Both the position numbers and the translations under genes were made by a program. Positions 8,788 to 17,756 of a DNA stretch of 32,000 nucleotides are shown in pieces. The stretch's first letter is position 1. Each line of letters starts with the position of its first letter. This stretch comes from Corynebacterium amycolatum (GTDB lineage: Bacteria; Actinomycetota; Actinomycetes; Mycobacteriales; Mycobacteriaceae). The stretch lies in assembly GCF_049243625.1 (NCBI RefSeq), contig NZ_CP046975.1, one strand, 5' to 3'. The notes beneath the pieces are model-generated. The model was not told where the DNA came from, ran no database searches, and worked only from the letters and a program-made list of their open reading frames with translations.

Positions 8788-10245
8788 ATGAGCAATCCCG
8801 CCAGTAATACCAGCTTGAACGTGAATCTCTCTCAAAGCGCAGCGTCCAACGCTGCGGCGCCAAACCCTAAGGCCGCAGTCCCGGTCTTGCTGTTTTCCTT
8901 TGTATTCTGTTTGGTCTTGGACAATGGCTTTAAGTTCATGACCAAGCCGATTGCGGAATCTCTGGATCTCAGTGTCTCCACGGCCAGTCTGCAGGCGACA
9001 CTCGCCGGTATTTTGATTGGCATTGGAGCGGTGGTGTACGCCGCATTGGCGGACAGCATCAGTATCCGCAAATTGATGATTGTCGGTATTGGCTTTGTCG
9101 CCGTGGGCTCTCTACTGGGTTATTTCTTCCAGGGAGTATGGCCAATGGTGCTTACTGCCCGCATTATTCAAACTGCCGGTCTGGCGGCGGCTGAGACACT
9201 CTACGTCATCTATGTCACCAAGTACCTAAGCCCAGAAGATCAGAAAACCTACCTCGGCTTTTCCACCGCGGCCTTCCAAGCTGCGCTGCTGATTGGAACG
9301 TTGACCTCGGGGATTGTGGCTACCTACATTTCCTGGCCGGCTATGTTCCTGATTTCGCTCATTCTGATAGTTGCCATTCCGTTCCTGATTAAGACAGTTC
9401 CGGAAGAGCAGCAGCAGAAGAGTCACCTGGATATATTCGGCCTGTTCCTCATCGCGGCTATCTCCACTGCGGTGATGCTGTTCTTGCAGCGGTTCCAGCA
9501 GCAGGTCCAATGGTGGTGGCTGGCGGCCGCTGTGTTGGGTGTCGCGCTCTTTGTCTGGCACATCCGGGCGCACGGCAACGCCGTGGTCAGCCCGTCGTTC
9601 TTTACCAATGCCCGCTACGTTTGCGCGCTGATTGTTGTGCTCGTGGTTTACATGGTCCAGTTGGGGTATTCGGTCATTCTATTGCCGTATATGGTCGACG
9701 AGCTCTATGGCATTAACCTCGACGGTGCTGCCTACATTCTCGCGCCGGGTTATCTCTGTGCTGTCATCGTTGGTGTGATGTCTGGCAAGATTGCCAAGTT
9801 CCTGTCTTCGAGGCAGGCTATTGTCGCAGCTATCAGCATCATTATCGTGGCGTTGCTCATTCCCGCAGTGCTGCCGGGGGCCGGTGTTGCCACGGTTATC
9901 GTGTCCATGATTCTGTTCCCATCAGGGTTCGCGCTCATGTATGCGCCGTTGGTCGCGACCGCACTGCAGAACATTCCCGCGGCCAAGTCTGGTGTCGCAA
10001 TCGGTTTCTATAATCTGACTATCAACATCGCCGTCCCGGTTGGCATTGCGTTAACGGCCATGCTTGTTGATTCTCGGCCGGCCTTCTTCAGCGCCCTTTC
10101 CATCGCGCAGTCTGAAGCAGAAGGGGTCTCCGCTACTATCGCTTGGTTGCTCGCGCTCATGGCTGTCGTAGGTTTGCTGGTGTACGTCATCTCCGACCGC
10201 CTCATCAACGACACCGCAGAAAACCGCGAGAAGGTTCACGCCTAG
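8788..10245 (+). CDS. MFS transporter (about 14 hydrophobic segments, DHA2-like); substrate unknown
   Basis: The 485-aa protein is strongly hydrophobic throughout and has MFS-like periodicity. No diagnostic substrate motif was recognised. Confidence 0.75.
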   Translation: MSNPASNTSLNVNLSQSAASNAAAPNPKAAVPVLLFSFVFCLVLDNGFKFMTKPIAESLDLSVSTASLQATLAGILIGIGAVVYAALADSISIRKLMIVGIGFVAVGSLLGYFFQGVWPMVLTARIIQTAGLAAAETLYVIYVTKYLSPEDQKTYLGFSTAAFQAALLIGTLTSGIVATYISWPAMFLISLILIVAIPFLIKTVPEEQQQKSHLDIFGLFLIAAISTAVMLFLQRFQQQVQWWWLAAAVLGVALFVWHIRAHGNAVVSPSFFTNARYVCALIVVLVVYMVQLGYSVILLPYMVDELYGINLDGAAYILAPGYLCAVIVGVMSGKIAKFLSSRQAIVAAISIIIVALLIPAVLPGAGVATVIVSMILFPSGFALMYAPLVATALQNIPAAKSGVAIGFYNLTINIAVPVGIALTAMLVDSRPAFFSALSIAQSEAEGVSATIAWLLALMAVVGLLVYVISDRLINDTAENREKVHA

Positions 10246-10270
10246 GTTCGCGCAACATTTTGCACCTGGT

Positions 10271-10310
10271 GCTTGACGACGGACATTGCGTCGTCAAGCG
10301 CCTTTTTCTT
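10271..10310 (+). terminator. rho-independent terminator after the MFS gene
   Basis: GCTTGACGACG (10271-10281) pairs perfectly with CGTCGTCAAGC (10289-10299). CCTTTTTCTTT follows. Confidence 0.7.
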
Positions 10311-10515
10311 TGTGTGACGTGGGTGCATGAGGAGAGGGGGCACAAATAAAAGGTGTTCATTGGAGAGATAGCCAACAGTGGTGTGCTGAAAGAGGGCAGT
10401 GTGGGTAAGCTGCTAAGGGTAGTGGCTCCTTTCATCGGGAGCCTGACGTTTTGTAGTGGGACAAGGCTGGAATAGCCACCGCTGCAGCCGCTGTTTTCGA
10501 ACTCGTAAAGAGTGA

Positions 10516-11601
<1,086 letters not shown>

Positions 11602-11929
11602 AAGCACAGGTGTAGGGAACATTCCGCACCGAGCCCTACTCTGGTGACAGCACACACGGGGGTAGTAGCCCTAGCCTCGACGGTTCCTGCTAAAAAGGCG
11701 TTAGCCCAGGTTAAGACAATTCTCAGGAAACTAATAGTGTGCTTAGCTGAGTGGGGAAGTGGGCCGGAAAATTCCTTGGCCTTAACTTTTTCCAAGGTTC
11801 AGACTAGAATCTGGCACATAGTGGTAGGTGGTTTCGCCGTCGCGTACTCACCTGCACTATTCTCACAAGGACAAAACTTCAAATCCCTGTAGTGAGTTAC
11901 AGGAAATCTTCGCGTAGTAAGGAGGAAGA

Positions 11930-13630
11930 ATGACTGCAGTAGCGCCTCGTCCAGATCATGGCGTTGTAGCGCCGGAACGGCCGCAGCCGTTCGGACATGA
12001 GCGTAAGGGCAGCTGGGCGTGGGAAATGCTGACCACGACCGACCACAAGAAGCTGGGCATTATGTACATCATTATGTCCTTCTCGTTCTTCTTTGTCGGC
12101 GGTCTGATGGCTCTGCTTATCCGTGCTGAGCTCTTCGCCCCAGGACTTCAGTTCCTTTCTAACGAGCAGTTCAACCAGATGTTCACCATGCACGGCACGG
12201 TGATGCTGCTTCTGTTCGGTACCCCGATTGTTTGGGGTTTTGCTAACTACATTCTGCCGCTTCAGATTGGTGCTCCGGACGTGGCTTTCCCGCGTCTGAA
12301 CGCCTTCGGCTTCTGGCTGACAACTATTGGTGGCATTCTGATGTTGTCGGGTTTTCTGACTCCGGGTGGTGCTGCTGACTTCGGTTGGACTATGTACTCT
12401 CCGCTGTCTGACCCGATTCACTCCCCGGGTGTCGGTTCTGACTTGTGGATTGTCGGTGTCGGTGTCGGTGGTGTCGGTACTATCGCTTCCGCTATTAACA
12501 TGACCACCACTGTCCTGTGCCTCCGCGCACCGGGCATGACCATGTTCCGTATGCCAATCTTCACCTGGAACATCCTGGTTACCTCGATTCTGGCTCTGCT
12601 GATCTTCCCGATTCTGACTGCAGCTGCTCTTGGTGTTCTGTACGACCGTAAGCTGGGCGGTCACATTTACGACCCGGCAAACGGTGGCGCCATGCTGTGG
12701 CAGCACCTGTTCTGGTTCTTCGGTCACCCAGAGGTCTACGTTCTGCTGTTGCCGTTCGTGGGCATCATTACTGAGGTTGTTCCGGTCTTCTCCCGTAAGC
12801 CGCTGTTCGGCTACGCAGGTATGGTCTTCGCGACCCTGTCTATTGCAGGTCTGTCCATGGCTGTGTGGGCGCACCACATGTTCGTGACCGGTGGCGTTCT
12901 GCTTCCGTTCTTCTCGTTCATGACCTTCCTGATTTCGGTCCCGACCGGTGTTAAGTTCATCAACTGGATGGGTACGATGTGGCGTGGCCACATGACCTTC
13001 GAGGCCCCGATGACCTTCGCTCTCGGCTTCATCGTGACCTTCCTGTTCGGTGGTCTGACCGGTATTATGCTGGCATCCCCGCCGCTGGACTTCCACGTCT
13101 CTGACACCTACTTCGTCGTGGCACACTTCCACTACACTCTGTTCGGTACCCTGGTCTTCGCTTCCTACTCGGGCGTTTACTTCTGGTTCCCGAAGATGAC
13201 CGGACGTATGCTCGACGAGAAGCTGGCAAAGGTTCACTTCTGGCTGACCTTCATCGGCTTTAACCTGACCTTCCTGGTCCAGCACTGGCTGGGTAACGAG
13301 GGTATGCCGCGTCGTTACGCCGACTACCTCGAGACTGACGGTTTCACCACCCTGAACATGATTTCCACCGTTGGTGCGTTCATCCTGGGTCTGTCTGTTA
13401 TCCCGTTTGTCTGGAACGTCTTCAAGTCCTGGCGCTACGGTGAGGTCGTCACTGTTGATGACCCGTGGGGTTACGGTAACTCTCTCGAGTGGGCTACCTC
13501 TTGCCCGCCGCCGCGCCACAACTTCACCTCGATGCCGCGCATCCGCTCGGAGCGCCCGGCGTTCGAGCTGCACTACCCGCACATGGTTGAGCGTCAGCGC
13601 GCAGAGGCCCACGTTGGTCGCCAGCTCTAA
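11930..13630 (+). CDS. ctaD: cytochrome c oxidase (aa3) subunit I
   Basis: Haem-copper oxidase subunit I motifs are present: [14 protein letters not shown] and HHMFVTG. The protein has 12 or more TM segments. A strong RBS (GTAAGGAGGAAGA) precedes the ATG. Confidence 0.95.
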   Translation: MTAVAPRPDHGVVAPERPQPFGHERKGSWAWEMLTTTDHKKLGIMYIIMSFSFFFVGGLMALLIRAELFAPGLQFLSNEQFNQMFTMHGTVMLLLFGTPIVWGFANYILPLQIGAPDVAFPRLNAFGFWLTTIGGILMLSGFLTPGGAADFGWTMYSPLSDPIHSPGVGSDLWIVGVGVGGVGTIASAINMTTTVLCLRAPGMTMFRMPIFTWNILVTSILALLIFPILTAAALGVLYDRKLGGHIYDPANGGAMLWQHLFWFFGHPEVYVLLLPFVGIITEVVPVFSRKPLFGYAGMVFATLSIAGLSMAVWAHHMFVTGGVLLPFFSFMTFLISVPTGVKFINWMGTMWRGHMTFEAPMTFALGFIVTFLFGGLTGIMLASPPLDFHVSDTYFVVAHFHYTLFGTLVFASYSGVYFWFPKMTGRMLDEKLAKVHFWLTFIGFNLTFLVQHWLGNEGMPRRYADYLETDGFTTLNMISTVGAFILGLSVIPFVWNVFKSWRYGEVVTVDDPWGYGNSLEWATSCPPPRHNFTSMPRIRSERPAFELHYPHMVERQRAEAHVGRQL

Positions 13631-13681
13631 GAGCTAGTGGCTACATGGCTGATGCAACTCTGAGTTAATAACTACGCGAAG

Positions 13682-13730
13682 CTACGGCCCCATCACGGAT
13701 CTCCGTGATGGGGCCGTAGTCTTGTCTTTG
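13682..13730 (+). terminator. terminator hairpin after ctaD
   Basis: A perfect 17-bp stem forms between CTACGGCCCCATCACGG and CCGTGATGGGGCCGTAG, with loop ATCT. It is followed by the T-rich run TCTTGTCTTTG. Confidence 0.65.
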
Positions 13731-13743
13731 AGAGTCTTTCCTA

Positions 13744-13821
13744 GGGAAGGCGCAGTAAGGGGGGGGGGCAGGGAGCGCAGCAAGGGAGCTGGAGGGGAGA
13801 GCAGCGGAGAGCAGGGGGGGG
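13744..13821 (+). repeat. purine-rich tract with G10 and G8 homopolymer runs and short direct repeats
   Basis: The G10 run is at 13759-13768 and the G8 run at 13814-13821. GAGAGCAG occurs twice in direct succession, and there are several GGG/GGGG blocks. The tract lies between the ctaD terminator and the serB start. Confidence 0.9.
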
Positions 13822-13914
13822 CGACAGCTAACGGCTGTGACTGGCCACCCTCCGAAGTGCGGTATCCCGCAATGCGATGAGCACTCTGCTGGGGCTTCAT
13901 GCGATACTGGATTG

Positions 13915-15207
13915 GTGAATGAACAGGTAACTACCTCTCCCAGTCAGTCCGCAGATACCGATGCCTTGTCGGTTTCGTTAGCACCGGGACTAGCTCCGGT
14001 GCTTATTACCGCCGTTGGCCGAGACCGCCCGGGTGTCTCGGCAGCCTTCTTCCGTGTGCTCGCGGCCCACGGAGTTCAGATTCTTGATGTGGAGCAGTCG
14101 GTGTTCCGCTCTAATTTGAGTCTCGGTGCGCTTGTTGGCGTTACAGAAGAGAAGGTCGGCGTTCTGCGTGAGGGGCTCATTGAAACACTGAAGCCTCACG
14201 GCATGACTGTCAGTTTTCAGCTTGATGCCCCGATTGAGCGCAGCGATGGATCTACCCATGCACTTGTCGTATTGGGCAATCCGGTCAATGCTGAGGATAT
14301 TTCCCGTATCGGCCGTACTCTCGCAGATTACGGTGCAAACATCGATTCCATTCGCGGTATTGCCGACTACCCAGTTACTGGCCTGGAGCTGCTTGTCTCT
14401 ATTCCGGACCCGAAGCCGGGTGCGGGCATTCCGCTGCGTAAGGCGCTGGTTGAGCTTGCACAGGACCAGGACATTGACATCGCAATTGAACGCGCAGGTT
14501 TGCAGCGCCGATCCAAACGCTTGATTTGCTTCGATGTGGACTCCACTTTGATTACCGGTGAGGTCATTGAGATGCTGGCCGCCCACGCTGGTCGCGAGGC
14601 GGAGGTTGCAGCGGTTACAGAGCGCGCTATGCGCGGTGAACTGGACTTCGCTGAGTCATTGCACGAGCGAGTTAAGGCTCTGGCAGGCCTGCCGGTCAGC
14701 GTCCTTGAGGAAGTTACCGACTCCATCGAGCTGACCCCTGGCGCCCGCACTACGATCCGCACGCTGAAACGTCTCGGTTACAAGTGTGGTGCCGTCTCCG
14801 GTGGGTTTATCCAGATTCTGGAGCCACTGGCAAAGGATCTCGGCCTGGACTTTTACAAGGCCAATACCCTCGAGATTGAGGACGGAAAGCTGACTGGTCG
14901 CGTGGTCGGCGGTGTCGTCGATAGGCAGGAAAAGGCCCGCAGTCTTAAGGCGTTCGCCGCGGAGTCTGGGCTTCAGATGCACCAGACCGTCGCTGTCGGC
15001 GATGGCGCCAATGACATCGATATGTTGTCAGTCGCGGGCCTCGGTATTGCTTTCAACGCGAAGCCGGCGCTGAAGGAAATCGCTGACACGTCGGTCAACG
15101 TTCCATTCATGGACTCGATTCTGTTCATGTTGGGTATTTCCCGCGATGAAATCGACGATGCCGACCGCGAAGATGGCACCTTCCGCCGCGTGCCGTTGGA
15201 GCAGTAG
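13915..15207 (+). CDS. serB: phosphoserine phosphatase SerB with N-terminal ACT-like domains
   Basis: HAD motif I (FDVDSTLI) and GDGANDIDML are present. The N-terminal regulatory region (VLITAVGRDRPGVSAAFFRVLAAHGVQILDVEQ) resembles mycobacterial SerB2. The start is uncertain: the ORF is open from GTG 13837, and I favour GTG 13915 or TTG 13912. Confidence 0.85.
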   Translation: MNEQVTTSPSQSADTDALSVSLAPGLAPVLITAVGRDRPGVSAAFFRVLAAHGVQILDVEQSVFRSNLSLGALVGVTEEKVGVLREGLIETLKPHGMTVSFQLDAPIERSDGSTHALVVLGNPVNAEDISRIGRTLADYGANIDSIRGIADYPVTGLELLVSIPDPKPGAGIPLRKALVELAQDQDIDIAIERAGLQRRSKRLICFDVDSTLITGEVIEMLAAHAGREAEVAAVTERAMRGELDFAESLHERVKALAGLPVSVLEEVTDSIELTPGARTTIRTLKRLGYKCGAVSGGFIQILEPLAKDLGLDFYKANTLEIEDGKLTGRVVGGVVDRQEKARSLKAFAAESGLQMHQTVAVGDGANDIDMLSVAGLGIAFNAKPALKEIADTSVNVPFMDSILFMLGISRDEIDDADREDGTFRRVPLEQ

Positions 15208-16007
15208 TGCGACGCCAGGATCACAAGAATCCCGCTGTCACGGACGCATCATCGGTGCCGGAATGGTTCCGCATTGCCCATAGCCTCCTGCCGCAACCCG
15301 ATAGGGAAGACCATGGCGAGGATGTGCCGTGGGCAATGGCTATTTTGCTTGAGGTGCCGAAGAAGGAACGCCCCTCGCGCACTGCGCTGCTCCGCGCCGC
15401 CGCGATGGCTGTTGTTGCTTGTTGCCTCGACGAGCGCGCAGGCGATGACACTTCGGCCTATCAACAAGGTCTGGTGTCTTGGTACGGCGCGCGCATCCGC
15501 AAGCTCACACGTCGCGCTCGCAATATCGGCTGGCAACGCGCTCAGCTTGCACCGGGTGTCACCGTAGATGTCGACGGCGCGCAAGCTCGCGCACTAGTGC
15601 CAACTCCTGTCGACGATACCTACCCAGAGATTGCCAAACTACAAATTTCCGGCACCGATTTGCCTTACGACGACCCGGAGACCACATCTCCCGACGACTC
15701 GGGCAACCGTGGGAGTGCTGACACCTTTGCTCCGCCAGTGATTTGGGTGGACAAGAACCTGAATATGTCCGTAGGAAAGGTGGCCGCGCAAGTTGGACAC
15801 GGCTCAATGCTCTATGCGGCCAGCCTGTCGGTTGAGGAAGCGTGGGCGTGGGCGCAAACTGGCTACGCGTTAGATGTGAAAGAAACACCGCGGGAGCTGT
15901 GGCCAGCGCCAGAGCTACGTGCTGTAGAAGTTCAGGATGCTGGGTTTACAGAGATTGCCCCTGGATCAATCACCGTGTCGGTCACGCCAGGGGCACAGGG
16001 GCAGTAG
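15207..16007 (+). CDS. tandem PTH2-like (peptidyl-tRNA hydrolase 2 fold) domain protein; function uncertain
   Basis: The C-terminal half matches the PTH2 pattern as I remember it (GK.aAQ..H ... DAG.T.i.pGs.T): NMSVGKVAAQVGHGS ... VQDAGFTEIAPGSITVSVTPG. The N-terminal half looks like a degenerate second copy. Its GTG start overlaps the serB stop (TAGTG). Confidence 0.5.
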   Translation: MRRQDHKNPAVTDASSVPEWFRIAHSLLPQPDREDHGEDVPWAMAILLEVPKKERPSRTALLRAAAMAVVACCLDERAGDDTSAYQQGLVSWYGARIRKLTRRARNIGWQRAQLAPGVTVDVDGAQARALVPTPVDDTYPEIAKLQISGTDLPYDDPETTSPDDSGNRGSADTFAPPVIWVDKNLNMSVGKVAAQVGHGSMLYAASLSVEEAWAWAQTGYALDVKETPRELWPAPELRAVEVQDAGFTEIAPGSITVSVTPGAQGQ

Positions 16008-16014
16008 CGGACAG

Positions 16015-17592
16015 CTAAGCGCGTGCTGCCTCCATGGCCTTAAGATCCTTGCGCAGGATCTTGCCGGTTGCCGATTTTGGAATCTCATCCATGAATTCGA
16101 CTACTCGCACCTTCTTGTACGGTGCGACGCGGTCGGCAACAAAGTCCATTACCTCATCAGCAGTGAGTGACTTTCCTTCTTTGAGCACCACATATGCCTT
16201 CGGAATTTCCTCACCATCGGAGCGAATGACACCACTGCAGGCAGCATCAGCGATATCCGGGTGCTCGAGAAGCACGGACTCAAGTTCTGCCGGTGGTACC
16301 TGGTAACCCTTGTACTTGATCAGTTCCTTGAAGCGGTCGACAATGTACGCATTCCCTTCCTTGTCGAGTTCCGCAACGTCGCCTGTTCGCAACCAGCCGT
16401 CGACAAGCGTTGCAGCCGTAGCTTCGGGATTGTTGAGATAACCCTTCATTACCTGAGGACCGCGAATCCACAGTTCTCCGGACTTGGAACGTCCTGATTC
16501 AGGAACTGGGATTTCATCGAGGTCCTCAGTATCGAGGTCAACGATTTTGTACTCGGTGTTCGGGACTGCTCGACCGATGGAATCCAGTGGGCTGTCGTGT
16601 CCGATACGAATGTGCGCGGCAGGGGAGGACTCGGTCATACCGTAGCCCTGGGCGACAGTGCAGCCGAGGCGCTTTTCCACCTGCTCCGCCAAATCCAGCT
16701 GAAGCGAAGCTGCGCCGGAGAAAATAGTCTCCAGACTGGACAGATCGAAGGAATCGACAGCCGGGTGCTTGGCCAACCCAACTGCGACCGGCGGTGCGAT
16801 GAACGCAAACTTGACCTTGTGCTCCGAAATAATGGAAAGGAAATCCAGCAAGTCGAACTTGCCCATCGTGTACTGGGTAGTGCGTCGCCAGAGGCAAAGA
16901 TTGAGCAGAGCAGTCAAACCGTAGATGTGGAAGAACGGCAGAATCGTAACCGCCGGGGTTGTCTCATCCAATGCCTCGACAGTTGCTGCTCCTGCCTGAG
17001 CCACGTTGGCAACAAGATTGCGATGCGTGAGTTGGACGCCCTTTGGCACACCAGTGGTGCCAGAAGAAAACGGAATGACAGCAACGTCATCGGGAGAAAC
17101 GTCTACATCTGGTCCCGCATGGCCTTCAGCAAGCAGCTCACCCATGCCGTGAAGCCCCGTCAGACCGATAATCATCTCTTCCGGGAGGCCAGCGGCCTCA
17201 GCGCCGTTAGCACCGGCCCAACCAATCGACGAAGTCGTCAGCATCATCTTGGCGTCAGAGATACGCAGCTGCGTTTCAACGTCCTCGGCAGTTGCCAGCG
17301 AGGCAACAGTCGTGCAGATTGCACCTGCGCGAAGAACACCGTGCAGAGCGACTGCGAAGGTGGTGGAGTTAGGGCAGTGCAGGGCAACAACATCGCCCTT
17401 TTTAATTCCACGTGCAGCAAGAGCGCCCGCGAAGGCCTCAATGCTGGCCTTCAAATCCCCGAAAGTTACCTCTGAGCCGGAGTCAACTACTGCGAGTTTA
17501 TCCTTGTGCCGAGGCTCGATTTCGCCAAACAGAAAATCGAATAGAGAGGTCTCCGGAATATCGATGTTGGGAAGACTGCTAGTCAGCGGCAT
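16015..17592 (-). CDS. AMP-dependent acyl-CoA synthetase/ligase (FadD / 4-coumarate-CoA ligase-like)
   Basis: AMP-binding signature IPFSSGTTGVPKGV is present, along with GYGMTE, GWLRTGD and the C-terminal PKSATGKILRKDL. The probable start is the ATG at 17592 (MPLTSSLPNIDIPE...); the ORF is open to 17679. Confidence 0.85.
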   Translation of the reverse strand: MPLTSSLPNIDIPETSLFDFLFGEIEPRHKDKLAVVDSGSEVTFGDLKASIEAFAGALAARGIKKGDVVALHCPNSTTFAVALHGVLRAGAICTTVASLATAEDVETQLRISDAKMMLTTSSIGWAGANGAEAAGLPEEMIIGLTGLHGMGELLAEGHAGPDVDVSPDDVAVIPFSSGTTGVPKGVQLTHRNLVANVAQAGAATVEALDETTPAVTILPFFHIYGLTALLNLCLWRRTTQYTMGKFDLLDFLSIISEHKVKFAFIAPPVAVGLAKHPAVDSFDLSSLETIFSGAASLQLDLAEQVEKRLGCTVAQGYGMTESSPAAHIRIGHDSPLDSIGRAVPNTEYKIVDLDTEDLDEIPVPESGRSKSGELWIRGPQVMKGYLNNPEATAATLVDGWLRTGDVAELDKEGNAYIVDRFKELIKYKGYQVPPAELESVLLEHPDIADAACSGVIRSDGEEIPKAYVVLKEGKSLTADEVMDFVADRVAPYKKVRVVEFMDEIPKSATGKILRKDLKAMEAARA

Positions 17593-17727
17593 AGGGGAAA
17601 ACAACCTTTCTGCACGTGCGTCAGGCTTCAGATGAATTCCTTGAACAAGGATCACCGTGTTAGCTTCGTTGTGTTTCACATCACAGTAGTAGGTGTGCTG
17701 ACAGTTCGTGCAGATTTTGGGAAAAAT

Positions 17728-17749
17728 GTCATTTCTTATGTGAAATGAC
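17728..17749 (-). terminator. hairpin after dinG (weak terminator and/or operator in the acyl-CoA synthetase promoter region)
   Basis: GTCATTTC-N6-GAAATGAC forms a perfect 8-bp inverted repeat. On the minus strand it is followed by ATTTTTCCC. It lies 8 nt downstream of the dinG stop. Confidence 0.35.
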
Positions 17750-17756
17750 TACCTAG

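Noticed and set aside
11897-13612. 571-aa ORF on the minus strand
   Set aside because: It is antisense to ctaD, and its sequence is low-complexity and rich in Arg, Glu, Gln and His. This is a shadow ORF.
13990-14982. Minus-strand ORFs of 198, 131 and 108 aa inside serB
   Set aside because: They are antisense shadows of serB.
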